From Candidatus Eiseniibacteriota bacterium (GTDB taxonomy: Bacteria; Eisenbacteria; RBG-16-71-46; JAFGJU01): a stretch of DNA of 64,000 bases. How positions within the stretch are numbered: the first letter of the stretch is position 1; each line of letters starts with the position of its first letter. The notes below the pieces were generated by a model that was not told where the DNA came from, did no database searches, and saw only the letters and a list, made by a program, of their open reading frames with translations. The DNA lies in assembly GCA_020349905.1 (NCBI GenBank), contig CP070702.1, positions 975,516 through 1,039,515 of the forward strand, written 5' to 3'. A program made the position numbers and the translations under genes. Below are positions 44,589-53,818 of this stretch, in pieces.

Positions 44589-45809
44589 CTACTCGTACCT
44601 CAGTGCCTCAATCGGGTCGAGATGTGACGCTTTCCAGGCAGGATAGAAGCCGAAGCCCACGCCGACCAAGGCTGCGAAGGCCACGGCCAGGATTATCGAC
44701 AGAGGCGAGATCAGGACAGGCCATCCGGCACCGGCGGAGATAACCCTGGAACTCACCACGCCGAGCACTATTCCCATTAGACCGCCGAGACAACTGAGCG
44801 CGATGGCTTCGACAAGAAACTGAAAGAGGATGTCGTTCGTCCTTGCACCGACGGACATCCTGACGCCGATTTCCCTGGTTCTCTCAGTGACCGTAACGAG
44901 CATTATGTTCATGATGCCTATCCCGCCCACCAGGAGAGAGATGGAGGCGATGGTAGCAAGAAGCGCGCCCAGGGTCCTGGATGTCTGCGCCGCGGTGTCG
45001 GCCAACTCGGTCTGGTTACGGATTCTGAAGTCGTCTTCTTCCCAGGCCTTTAGACGGTGCCGCGACCTCAGGATGCCGGTGATTTCTTCCGTGGCTGGCT
45101 CCACGGCTTGTCGAGAGACGGCGGACGCGATGATGAAGTTGGCCCACGTTATCCCCAGGATTCTCCGCTGAAGCGTCGAGAAGGGAACCAGGAGGATGTC
45201 GTCCTGGTCGGAGCCGAAGAAGTTAGGACCCTTGGCGCTCAGAAGCCCCTTCACCTTGAGGGGAAGCCTCCTGAAGCGGATTGTCTTTCCCACGGGGTCT
45301 TCGCCATCGACGAAGAGGGCCTTTGCCACGGTCTGTCCCATGAGGCAGACCTTGGCAGCGTTCCGCTCGTCAGATTCCGTGAGAAGCTCACCGCTTTCGA
45401 CAGACCATTCGCGTATGGAGGTGTAATCCGGGTAAACCCCCTCTACCCGCGTGGCCCAATTCTCGTTTCCGTAGACCACCTGTCCGCCCGAGCGCGCCAC
45501 GGGAGACACGTACATGAGCGAACCGGATTCCTTCAGCATGGCCACGGCGTCATCTTCTGTAAGGCGAATGGACGTTCCCGCGCCGTAGCTCACGCCGTGT
45601 TGCCGGGTGGCACCAGGAAAGATCATGATGACGTTCGTGCCCAGACTGGCAATCTGTGATTCTACAAGTGCTTTTGCCCCACTGCCAACGGCCAGCATTG
45701 CAATGACCGCGCCCACTCCGAAAATGACACCCAGCATTGTGAGAAGCGAGCGGAGGCGGTTAGTGCCCAGCGAGCTGTAAGCCATCTTTAGTATGTCGAT
45801 TACGCTCAT
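44589..45809 (-). CDS. ABC-transporter permease (FtsX/MacB-type membrane domain only).
   Basis: The N-terminal TM is followed by a large periplasmic domain and a C-terminal FtsX 3-TM bundle. The C-terminal EALRYE motif is present. Confidence 0.8.
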   Translation of the reverse strand: MSVIDILKMAYSSLGTNRLRSLLTMLGVIFGVGAVIAMLAVGSGAKALVESQIASLGTNVIMIFPGATRQHGVSYGAGTSIRLTEDDAVAMLKESGSLMYVSPVARSGGQVVYGNENWATRVEGVYPDYTSIREWSVESGELLTESDERNAAKVCLMGQTVAKALFVDGEDPVGKTIRFRRLPLKVKGLLSAKGPNFFGSDQDDILLVPFSTLQRRILGITWANFIIASAVSRQAVEPATEEITGILRSRHRLKAWEEDDFRIRNQTELADTAAQTSRTLGALLATIASISLLVGGIGIMNIMLVTVTERTREIGVRMSVGARTNDILFQFLVEAIALSCLGGLMGIVLGVVSSRVISAGAGWPVLISPLSIILAVAFAALVGVGFGFYPAWKASHLDPIEALRYE

Positions 45810-45817
45810 CTTCGGAC

Positions 45818-47248
45818 CTAACGTCCTCGCCTGCGGAAGTTGGGCTGGAACGGGTTGGTGGGAGTCCTCTGTTCGCCGGAACCGTTCCTGGAAAACCCCG
45901 TCACGACCACGTCGCCCTCTGCAAGTTCGGGGGAGAGGACCTCAGTGAAAGAACCGTCCGTAAGACCGACGCGAATCTGCACGGGTTCCAGCTTCCCTCC
46001 GCGCCCGAGTCTCCAGACCACCTTCATGGCCGGCGGCGGCGGCATCCCCGCGTGCTGCGCTCCCGGTTCTGGGCCAGGCTGGCCCCCTTCGGGACGGGTC
46101 GGTGACCGCTCCCCGAACTGTGGGCCCCGCTCTTCTCCTCCAGATTGCGCACCTCGTGATTGCCCGCGCTGCGCCATTTGCTGCTGCGGCGGCTCAGAGC
46201 CTTGCTGCTCCGCTCCGGGTCGACCTCCACGCTGCTCCACAGTTGCCGAGGCCGATCGCTCTCCCGCCTGAGCCACGCGCTGTTCTCCCGCCGGCAGACC
46301 TCCTTGAGGCCCGGCGGGTACAGGCGCGCCTGGCGGTCTAAATCTCAGGGCGGCGTTGGGGACCTTGAGGACGTCGTTCTTCTCGTCCACGTGGACGTTC
46401 AGATTGGCTGTCATCCCCGGCATCAATCTTTCGTCCGGGTTCGACACGGCCACAACTATCGTGTAGCTCACCACGTCCTGCACGGTTATGGGTTCAAGGC
46501 GTACCTGGGAAACCACGCCTTCAAAGACCCTGTCCGCGTACGCGTTTACCGTGAAGGTGACGAGCTGCCCGGGGCGCATCATGCCGATGTCGCCCTCGTC
46601 TATCTGGGCCTCCAGTTGCATTTCTTTCAAGTCGTTTGCGATCAAGAACAACGTGGGAGCCGCGAAGCTGGCAGCCACTGTCTGGCCCACGTCCACGCTT
46701 CGCGAGATTACGACCCCGTCCACCGGGGCCCTTATGCTTGCGAGTTCGAGGTTGACCGTGGCCCGCTCGAGCTGCGCCTCGGCAGAACGGGCAGTGGCCC
46801 GGGCCGTTTGATACGAAGTGGCCACAAGGTCGTATTCCAGCTCGGATATGATTTCCTTCTTAGCGAGCACCTTCGCCCTCTGGAGCTCCATCTCCGCCTG
46901 GCGTACCTCCGCCTGGGCGCGCTCCAGTGCCGCCTGCGCTTCCTTCACGGACGCGGCCAGAAACGTCGTGTCTATGAGGGCTATGAGCTGCCCTGTCCGA
47001 ACGCGGGAATTGAAATCTGCGTGGAGCTCCGCCACGGTTCCCGATATCTGGGAGCCTACCTGAACCGTGTTGAGGGGATTGAGAGTGCCGGTCGCAGTGA
47101 CCTCGATTGAGATTTGCCCCTTCTCGACGACCGCTGTTCTGTAGGCTGCTGAGGCTTGTCCGGGACCCCGCGCGCGCACGAGCAGGACTACCGCAACCAC
47201 CACGACCACCACCACGGCAACGACCAGATACAATCTACGTGCTTTCAA
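45818..47248 (-). CDS. Efflux periplasmic adaptor (HlyD/MacA family) with a Gly/Pro/Gln-rich low-complexity C-terminal insertion.
   Basis: The start is moved to TTG 47248 (LKARRLYLVVAVVV...), which is preceded by AGGAGGAGG. Coiled-coil and beta-barrel regions of the membrane-fusion-protein family are present. Confidence 0.75.
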   Translation of the reverse strand: MKARRLYLVVAVVVVVVVAVVLLVRARGPGQASAAYRTAVVEKGQISIEVTATGTLNPLNTVQVGSQISGTVAELHADFNSRVRTGQLIALIDTTFLAASVKEAQAALERAQAEVRQAEMELQRAKVLAKKEIISELEYDLVATSYQTARATARSAEAQLERATVNLELASIRAPVDGVVISRSVDVGQTVAASFAAPTLFLIANDLKEMQLEAQIDEGDIGMMRPGQLVTFTVNAYADRVFEGVVSQVRLEPITVQDVVSYTIVVAVSNPDERLMPGMTANLNVHVDEKNDVLKVPNAALRFRPPGAPVPAGPQGGLPAGEQRVAQAGERSASATVEQRGGRPGAEQQGSEPPQQQMAQRGQSRGAQSGGEERGPQFGERSPTRPEGGQPGPEPGAQHAGMPPPPAMKVVWRLGRGGKLEPVQIRVGLTDGSFTEVLSPELAEGDVVVTGFSRNGSGEQRTPTNPFQPNFRRRGR

Positions 47249-47340
47249 GCTGCCTCCTCCTGAAAACGGGGCACTCTTGCCTTCTGACCTGACTTCTACC
47301 GTCCGGAGGCCCAGGGGTTCCAGCCGTCTCACACGGCGGC

Positions 47341-47454
47341 AGACCTGACCGGCCGGCGCCCCCCGCGGCCCGCGGTTGAGGCCCTCTCGCAGCTCGGCGA
47401 ACCTGACAGACCTGCGCCCTTCGCGCCCGCGGTTGAGGCCCTCTCGCACGACGC
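47341..47454. repeat. Tandem duplication (about 57-bp unit, 2 copies) containing an exact 24-bp repeat GCCCGCGGTTGAGGCCCTCTCGCA (47368-47391 and 47425-47448). It lies about 100-200 bp upstream of the adaptor gene.
   Basis: Read directly. The repeats also create the repeated REGLNRG in the spurious N-terminal extension of ORF 45818..47449. Confidence 0.5.
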
Positions 47455-47710
47455 CAGATTTTCGTGGGCCCGCTGTCCTGGCAGTCGGAAGGTACGTGAC
47501 GGGGGATCCCTTCGGGGAAGTTCAGGGGCGGGCGACTCCGAAATCCGCACAGACAAGGATAGCACGGAAGCGCGGGAAGCTCAATCCGATTCAAGAGGAC
47601 GGCCGGGTGCCGCGACGAACGCCGCGCCCGGCCGCAAGAGAAAGTGTGTGCCCCACGATAGCTAGGATTGTGTCAAACACAGAGCTGCGGCTATCCCGGA
47701 GAGCTCTCAA

Positions 47711-48910
47711 CTAGGCCTTCTGGAAGGCCTTCCATTTCTTCTCCAGCTCGGGGGCTTCCAGCTTCTCCATCAGGTAGTCCCCGAACTCCTTGCTGGTCGC
47801 TCCGTTCGAGCGACCGGTCATGACGAGTCTCTTCTCGTACTGGCCGCAGATGTCCAGGGCCATCTCCAGCGCCTTGCCTTTCTCCGGAAATCCGATGTGC
47901 GAAAGCAGGAAGGCGCCGGCCCTTATCAAGCTGGACGGGTCAGCATACTGGGCCCTGTTCTCGGTGACCATTCGCGGGGCGGAACCGTGGATGGCCTCAA
48001 ACATGGCGTACTGTTTGCCGATGTTTGCGCTCCCGGCAGTGCCAACTCCGCCCTGAAATTCAGCTGCCTCGTCAGTGAGAATGTCTCCGTAGAGATTTGG
48101 AAGCGCCATCACCTTAAACTGGGTCCGCCGCTTCTCGTCCACCAGCTTGGCGGTCATGATGTCTATGTACCAATCGTCGCACTCAATCCCGGGATACTCC
48201 TTCGCGATGTCCTGCCCTATCTTGAGGAACTTCCCGTCCGTGGTCTTCACCACGTTCGCCTTCGTCACCAGGGTGACCTTGTTGATTCCGTTCTTCTTTG
48301 CGTGTTCGAAAGCAACGCGGATGATTCTCTCCGCTCCCTGGGACGTGGCCACCGTGAAGTCCATGGCCAGGTCCGGAGTCACGTCCAGACCGTCACTCCC
48401 CAGAGCGTACGCGCCTTCGGTGTTCTCACGGAAGAAGACCCAGTCGATTCCCTGGCTGGGCACGCGCACTGGTCTCACGTTCGCGAAGAGGTCGAGCTCC
48501 TTACGCATCGCCACGTTTGCGCTCTCCACGTTGGGCCACGGGTCTCCCTTTCTGGGAGTGGTGGTCGGGCCCTTGAGCGTCACGTGACACTTCTTGATTT
48601 CTGCGAGCACGTCGTCCGGGATGGCCTTGTTGTGCTTGGCCCTGTTCTCAATGGTCAACCCCTCGATGGTGCGAAACTCCACCTTTCCTGACTTCAGCTC
48701 GTCGTTAAGCAGGAACTCCAGGATGCGGCGGGCTTCCTCCGCAATGTAGGGACCGATGCCGTCCCCGCCGATGATGCCGATTATGATGGGTTTCAGCTTC
48801 CCGTAGTCGGTCCAATCCTGCTGCTGCTTCATCTCCTCTACCCTGCTGAGCTGGCGCTCTATCAGGTCAGCGAAGTGTTGCTTTGCTCTTTCGATCGCCT
48901 CAGTCGCCAT
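47711..48910 (-). CDS. icd: Isocitrate dehydrogenase (isocitrate/isopropylmalate dehydrogenase family).
   Basis: The motif LYGDILTDEAAEFQGGVGTAGSANIG is present. Length 399 aa. Confidence 0.85.
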   Translation of the reverse strand: MATEAIERAKQHFADLIERQLSRVEEMKQQQDWTDYGKLKPIIIGIIGGDGIGPYIAEEARRILEFLLNDELKSGKVEFRTIEGLTIENRAKHNKAIPDDVLAEIKKCHVTLKGPTTTPRKGDPWPNVESANVAMRKELDLFANVRPVRVPSQGIDWVFFRENTEGAYALGSDGLDVTPDLAMDFTVATSQGAERIIRVAFEHAKKNGINKVTLVTKANVVKTTDGKFLKIGQDIAKEYPGIECDDWYIDIMTAKLVDEKRRTQFKVMALPNLYGDILTDEAAEFQGGVGTAGSANIGKQYAMFEAIHGSAPRMVTENRAQYADPSSLIRAGAFLLSHIGFPEKGKALEMALDICGQYEKRLVMTGRSNGATSKEFGDYLMEKLEAPELEKKWKAFQKA

Positions 48911-49097
48911 AATCCTCCTCCTCGGCTAAGCGAGTCGAATCTACCCCTCGGGGCAGCTCTCCTGTGCTCGTCGTGAGATACTTGAGTGCTCTGGCAGGCA
49001 AAACTGGCTCAAATCACGCGACCACTGTCCAAAACCTAATAAGTCTAGCGGTTCCGGAGGGCGGTGTCAATGAAACTTATGGGGTTCTGGCGTGCCT

Positions 49098-50846
49098 CTA
49101 TTTCAGTACGACTATCTTCTGCGTTATCCTGCTCTCGCCGGCAGTGAGCGTTAGGAGATACACTCCGGCCGAAACCGGCTTGCCCCCCTCGTCCGTTCCG
49201 TCCCACGAATACTCGTTCGTGCCGGCAGGGAATTCCTGCCTGGCAACGAGCTTCACCAGGCGGCCTTGCGGGTCGAACACGGCCAGCTCACCGCTGGAAG
49301 CTTCCGAGAGAGAGAATCTGAAGCTGGTCGTGCGCTGGAATGGATTGGGATAGCTAGAGCTGCCAACCACAGGAGAGGGGACCGTCTCTTCGACTCCGGT
49401 GGCCTGAGCATCCACGTACACGATAGGAGAAGCATACGGCAGCACGTCCACCCCCACGTGGCAGACCACCACCGAATCGGTCACAAACGTCTGAAGAAGC
49501 GTGCCGTTTGTCACCGCGTACGAAGAGCCGTCGTTGGCCATGTAGAACCGAACCATGGCGTGTTCGAAACGCTCGTCTTGATTGTTCACGATGCTGGCGC
49601 TGTTGTTGGTCGCAGTGCCGTCGTTGGGAACGGCGAACGAGATGGTGAGGTTTCCACCGGCAGAACCGGCTGTCGCAGTGGGAGACGGAGTGATGCTGCT
49701 TCCGCTGACCCTCACCAATCTGTAGGCCCGCTCCCCGTCGCAGACGGATTCGGTCGCGATGTCAAGGGGCCAGCCCGTCAGGGAGCCCTGGTTCCTGTGA
49801 ATGTGTCCCCAGAGAGCCAGGTCCACGCCCAGGGAGGCAAGGTCGAGCTGACTCTGGAAGTCCCTGTGATAAAAGAGGATCTGGAGAGCGCTGCCCGAGG
49901 CCGCGGCGAGGTCGTTCTGAAGCCAGGTGAGCTGGTCCGCCGTGAAGCTCTCCGCTCCGTAAATGGCGCTTCGCCAGGAATCGTAGTTGATGTAGCTCTC
50001 CATTCCGACGAAGTGGCAAGAGCCGTAGTCGAAAGAATAGTCCTGCGTGCGAGCCGGGTCTCCCGGCGGAGGGCTGTCCAGGTAAGGCCATCCGAAGAAT
50101 CTCCACCAATCCCGTCTCGCAGTGCCGTCCGGAGGAGGTGTGGCGTCCCAGCCTCCGATGTCGTGGTTTCCGGCCAGAAGATACACGGGCACTTCCAGCT
50201 CCGTCAGCAGTCTCTGCGTGCGGGTGAAGTAGCGCCGGTACTCGAAGTCTTCCAGCTCGCCCTCGTTTATGAAATCCCCGGTGATGACGAGGAAGATGGG
50301 ATTGATGAGGTTTACATCCTTTATGACCTCTCTGAAATCCACGAGCTCGCTCGAGTCGGTCTCGCTCCCGGGGTCGTCGTAGTAGAGATGAGTCACCAGG
50401 TGAGTGTCCGTGACCTGAATGAAATAGAAATCGCTCTCGTAGGAGTCGATGACCTGAACCGCGTTCTCCGTCACGTCGGAAATGCCGCCCGAAGCAGTGA
50501 CTGAAAGGTTGTACAGCTCCATGGGTGTGCTCACGGGAACCATGGCCTTTATCTTCCAGCGGTCGAGGGTGGCCTCAAACTGCGGGTCTATGTTCGTGAG
50601 GGGGACGTTCAGTTCCCGACAGATGAGGTTGGCCGCCCAGCCTGTTGTCGAGCCGGGAGCGGCGCAGTCTATCTCGAGCGTGTCGCCACGGGGAATAATT
50701 GTGGGCACGTTCAAAATGGGCCTCATTATGACTGTGAGCGTGTCCCCAGGAGGCGTGTAAGGGAGAGCGAAAACAGGTGTAGAAGCGAGGCAAAGGAGTG
50801 CAGGAACAAGAAGATAGAGAAAGTGAGAACGCAATCCGCGGCACAT
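49098..50846 (-). CDS. Secreted calcineurin-like metallophosphoesterase with a C-terminal T9SS (Por) sorting domain.
   Basis: Signal peptide. Metallophosphatase motifs: ITGDFINEG, GNHD, GHIH. The C-terminal region of about 80 aa (YPNPFQRTTSFRF...AGVYLLTLTAGESRITQKIVVLK) is typical of a T9SS type-A CTD. Confidence 0.75.
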   Translation of the reverse strand: MCRGLRSHFLYLLVPALLCLASTPVFALPYTPPGDTLTVIMRPILNVPTIIPRGDTLEIDCAAPGSTTGWAANLICRELNVPLTNIDPQFEATLDRWKIKAMVPVSTPMELYNLSVTASGGISDVTENAVQVIDSYESDFYFIQVTDTHLVTHLYYDDPGSETDSSELVDFREVIKDVNLINPIFLVITGDFINEGELEDFEYRRYFTRTQRLLTELEVPVYLLAGNHDIGGWDATPPPDGTARRDWWRFFGWPYLDSPPPGDPARTQDYSFDYGSCHFVGMESYINYDSWRSAIYGAESFTADQLTWLQNDLAAASGSALQILFYHRDFQSQLDLASLGVDLALWGHIHRNQGSLTGWPLDIATESVCDGERAYRLVRVSGSSITPSPTATAGSAGGNLTISFAVPNDGTATNNSASIVNNQDERFEHAMVRFYMANDGSSYAVTNGTLLQTFVTDSVVVCHVGVDVLPYASPIVYVDAQATGVEETVPSPVVGSSSYPNPFQRTTSFRFSLSEASSGELAVFDPQGRLVKLVARQEFPAGTNEYSWDGTDEGGKPVSAGVYLLTLTAGESRITQKIVVLK

Positions 50847-51109
50847 CTAGTGAAACCTCCGTCGCTGCATGAGCTCTGCTGCGTGAACCCTTGGCTGGCG
50901 AGCCTCCGTCGCGTACTCACTCCGCGGCGTGCCCAATAATTATAACACGAAGAATACTAACAGGAAAGGGATTTCCGGTCATCACCTGGCCTTTCGTGCA
51001 CCCTCGGGCGCTGGCTGCAAGGAAATGGGTCATGAAGCTCATCCCGAGGTTGCCGTGCACCCTCGTGGGCTGCCTGCGCCCGGCAATCTAGCTGGAAGGC
51101 CGTTTTCCA

Positions 51110-52447
51110 TCACTCGTACCGCAGGGCCACGGCCGGGTCCATTCGGGCGGCTCTGCGTGCAGGGTAGAGGCCGGCGGCGATGCTGACGCCTATGGCCAGA
51201 ACCACGGCGCCAGCCATGAGCCAGGCCGGAATCTCGTAGAGGCGGCGAAACGGAATCTCGTCCCTTACCACGAAGGCAAACATGATGTGATTCGTGGCTT
51301 CTGCCACGACCCAACCCAGCACGATTCCCAGAAGACCCCCCACCACTCCGACCAGAGCCGCCTCGGTTACGAAGAGACCGAGGATGTTGCGGCGGGTGGC
51401 CCCCGTGCTCTTCATGATGCCTATCTCGCGCGTTCTCTCGAGGACGGACATGAGCATGACGTTCATTATTCCGAGGCATCCCACCAAAAGCGCCGCGCCT
51501 CCGATGGCTCCCAGAAAGGCCGAGAGCAAGACGAACGTGGACCGCACTCTCTTCAGCTGGTCGGACACGGACATGGCTAGGAGCCCCATGCTTCTAATCT
51601 CCTCGCTCACCCTCCCGATGTGCGCCATGCTGGAGACGTGGACCTCTGCCCCGGGATAGCCACCGCCCTGACGAGAGAGGTTCTTCAGAATGTCCCCTGG
51701 GTCCCTCACCGCCTGCGCAGCTAGGACCTTTGTCATCTCGAAGGGAATGTACGCGTCCGTCCTGCCGTGAGGGCTCACGAACGCCTCCTTGAGCACTCCT
51801 CCGAGGCGGAAGCGGAACTCCTTCGTGGCCAAGGGCGCCCTGGTGCCAAAGGAGAAGATTGAGGAAGCGACGTCTTTCTGAAGAGTGACTATGGTGATCG
51901 TAACCGGAATACCTGGACCAAGGGAGTCGGGGTCTATTTCCAGCCTTCTGGCGAGCGAGGCGGACGCGAGAAGCAAGCTGTCTGTCTCCGATGAGAAGAC
52001 CTCGCCCTTATCCAGCCTGTCTGCAAGAACCTCGTTCGCAGAGAGAGGCAGCCCGGCCACGAGGGCAAACTCCTTCTTCGCACCCAGGCTCACGATGGCA
52101 GGAAACGCCAGGACAGGAAAGACGCTCCTTACCTCCTCTATGGACGAGAGCTTCTCGAGCACCGCGTCGGTTATGTGGACTTCCGCCGAATCCGAGGCGA
52201 GGGCGTTCTCATCATCCCCCCCGGGGGCCATGCGGGCCATCGGGCTACTGCGCGGCAGCACGTATACCGTCGTTAGGAGCCCGGAGGAGGAGATGGTGTC
52301 CGAGATCTCGCTCTGCATACCCACGGCGTAGGAGATCATGGAGACGATTGCACCCGTCCCGATCATGATTCCACACATCGTGAGCGTGTATCTCAACTTG
52401 GCTCTTCTCACGTTTCCGAAAGCCAGTATAAGTGTTTCCTTAAACAT
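51110..52447 (-). CDS. ABC-transporter permease (FtsX-like; LolE/MacB family). No adjacent ATPase.
   Basis: FtsX topology with the C-terminal motif VALRYE. Confidence 0.75.
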   Translation of the reverse strand: MFKETLILAFGNVRRAKLRYTLTMCGIMIGTGAIVSMISYAVGMQSEISDTISSSGLLTTVYVLPRSSPMARMAPGGDDENALASDSAEVHITDAVLEKLSSIEEVRSVFPVLAFPAIVSLGAKKEFALVAGLPLSANEVLADRLDKGEVFSSETDSLLLASASLARRLEIDPDSLGPGIPVTITIVTLQKDVASSIFSFGTRAPLATKEFRFRLGGVLKEAFVSPHGRTDAYIPFEMTKVLAAQAVRDPGDILKNLSRQGGGYPGAEVHVSSMAHIGRVSEEIRSMGLLAMSVSDQLKRVRSTFVLLSAFLGAIGGAALLVGCLGIMNVMLMSVLERTREIGIMKSTGATRRNILGLFVTEAALVGVVGGLLGIVLGWVVAEATNHIMFAFVVRDEIPFRRLYEIPAWLMAGAVVLAIGVSIAAGLYPARRAARMDPAVALRYE

Positions 52448-52450
52448 CCC

Positions 52451-53818
52451 TCAGACCCGTTGCTGCGCGATGCTTGTTTCCAGGACCGTAGCGGCCTCAT
52501 TTGCGCGAAGTCGTCGGTAGAGAAACTCCATGACGTGACTGACTTCGACGTCTAGACCGGCTCGAGCGAGAGTGTCCCTGAGCTGCATGATGCAGCTCGG
52601 ACAGGAGGTCAACACTACGCGGGCGCCGGTCTCTCTCACCGCTTCCGCCTTGTGCGCTGCCACGGCCATAGACATCTCGTAGTGAGTGAAGCTGTAAAGG
52701 CCCCCTCCCCCACAACACCTGTCCGCTTCCGGCATCTCCCTGAACTCCACCCCGGGCAGGCTCTTGATGAGCTGCCTGGGTTCTTCCCACACACCCTGCC
52801 CTCTTTTCAAGTGACAGGGGTCGTGATAGGTCACGACCTCATTTTCTCCGTCCCGGGGAAGCGGCAAGGCTCTCAGCGCTTCGACACCCACTTTTTTCAC
52901 GATGAACTCCGAGGCGTCCATGACCTTCTCGGAGAAGCCGGAGGTATCAAGCTCCAGGATTGCAGAGTACTCTCGCTTTAGCGCCAATCCGCAGCTTGCA
53001 CACGTAACGATGACGGCGTCAACAGCAGAAGCGTCGAAGGCCTTGAGATTGGCCCGCGCCATGTCGCGAGCCGTCTCGAAGTCTCCTGCGTTGAACATGG
53101 GCGTGCCGCAGCAACCTTGCTCACGCGGAACGAGGACCTCGACGCCGAGTCTCTTCAGAACCTCCACCGTCGCAGTTGCCACGTCCGTGTAGAGAAGATT
53201 GCTGGAGCATCCGACGAAGTACGCCACCCTAAGCCCGCTCTTTCTCTCCTCGGGAACGATTCTCTCCGATACCTGCTCCCTAAAGCTCCTGGAAGCGAAG
53301 ACGGGGAGTCGCCGCTCCCGGTCTATGCGCACGGCGGGGAGAAGAAGTCTCAAGGCGCTCCCCTTGGGAGAGAGTGCGAGCAGCACGCGCTGAAACAGCG
53401 AGGCCAGCTTACCCACGGGCGGGAGCAACCTGCCTCGCTTCAGGAGACCCCTCAATATGAGTCGCTTGAAAAAGGGCAGCCTGCCTCTGGCGACGAGCTC
53501 CGCCCTGGCAGCCAGGATGATGTCGTCTACCCTGACGCCGCTGGGACAGGCGTCGATGCAGGCCTTGCAGTTTATACAGCTTGAAATCCTCTCGTCGAAG
53601 ATATCCGATAGCGATAGCCGCCCGTCCAGAACGGCTTCGACAAGACTGACCCTGCCCCGTGCCCCCTGCGATTCGCTGAGCGTTTCGATGAGCGTGGGGC
53701 AGACCGCACGGCAGAGCCCGCACTTTATACATTTCACTATCTCGTCGGAGAACTTCCCGACGCGCGGGTACACGTCCTTGAGGGGCTCTCGGTAGACGAA
53801 CTTGGGTTCAACGCTCAT
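52451..53818 (-). CDS. Fe-S oxidoreductase, GlcF/LutA/HdrD-like (two ferredoxin Cys motifs plus two CCG domains).
   Basis: The Cys motifs are CIKCGLCRAVCP and CINCKACIDACP. The CCG motifs are CCGTP and CCGGGG. Confidence 0.8.
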   Translation of the reverse strand: MSVEPKFVYREPLKDVYPRVGKFSDEIVKCIKCGLCRAVCPTLIETLSESQGARGRVSLVEAVLDGRLSLSDIFDERISSCINCKACIDACPSGVRVDDIILAARAELVARGRLPFFKRLILRGLLKRGRLLPPVGKLASLFQRVLLALSPKGSALRLLLPAVRIDRERRLPVFASRSFREQVSERIVPEERKSGLRVAYFVGCSSNLLYTDVATATVEVLKRLGVEVLVPREQGCCGTPMFNAGDFETARDMARANLKAFDASAVDAVIVTCASCGLALKREYSAILELDTSGFSEKVMDASEFIVKKVGVEALRALPLPRDGENEVVTYHDPCHLKRGQGVWEEPRQLIKSLPGVEFREMPEADRCCGGGGLYSFTHYEMSMAVAAHKAEAVRETGARVVLTSCPSCIMQLRDTLARAGLDVEVSHVMEFLYRRLRANEAATVLETSIAQQRV

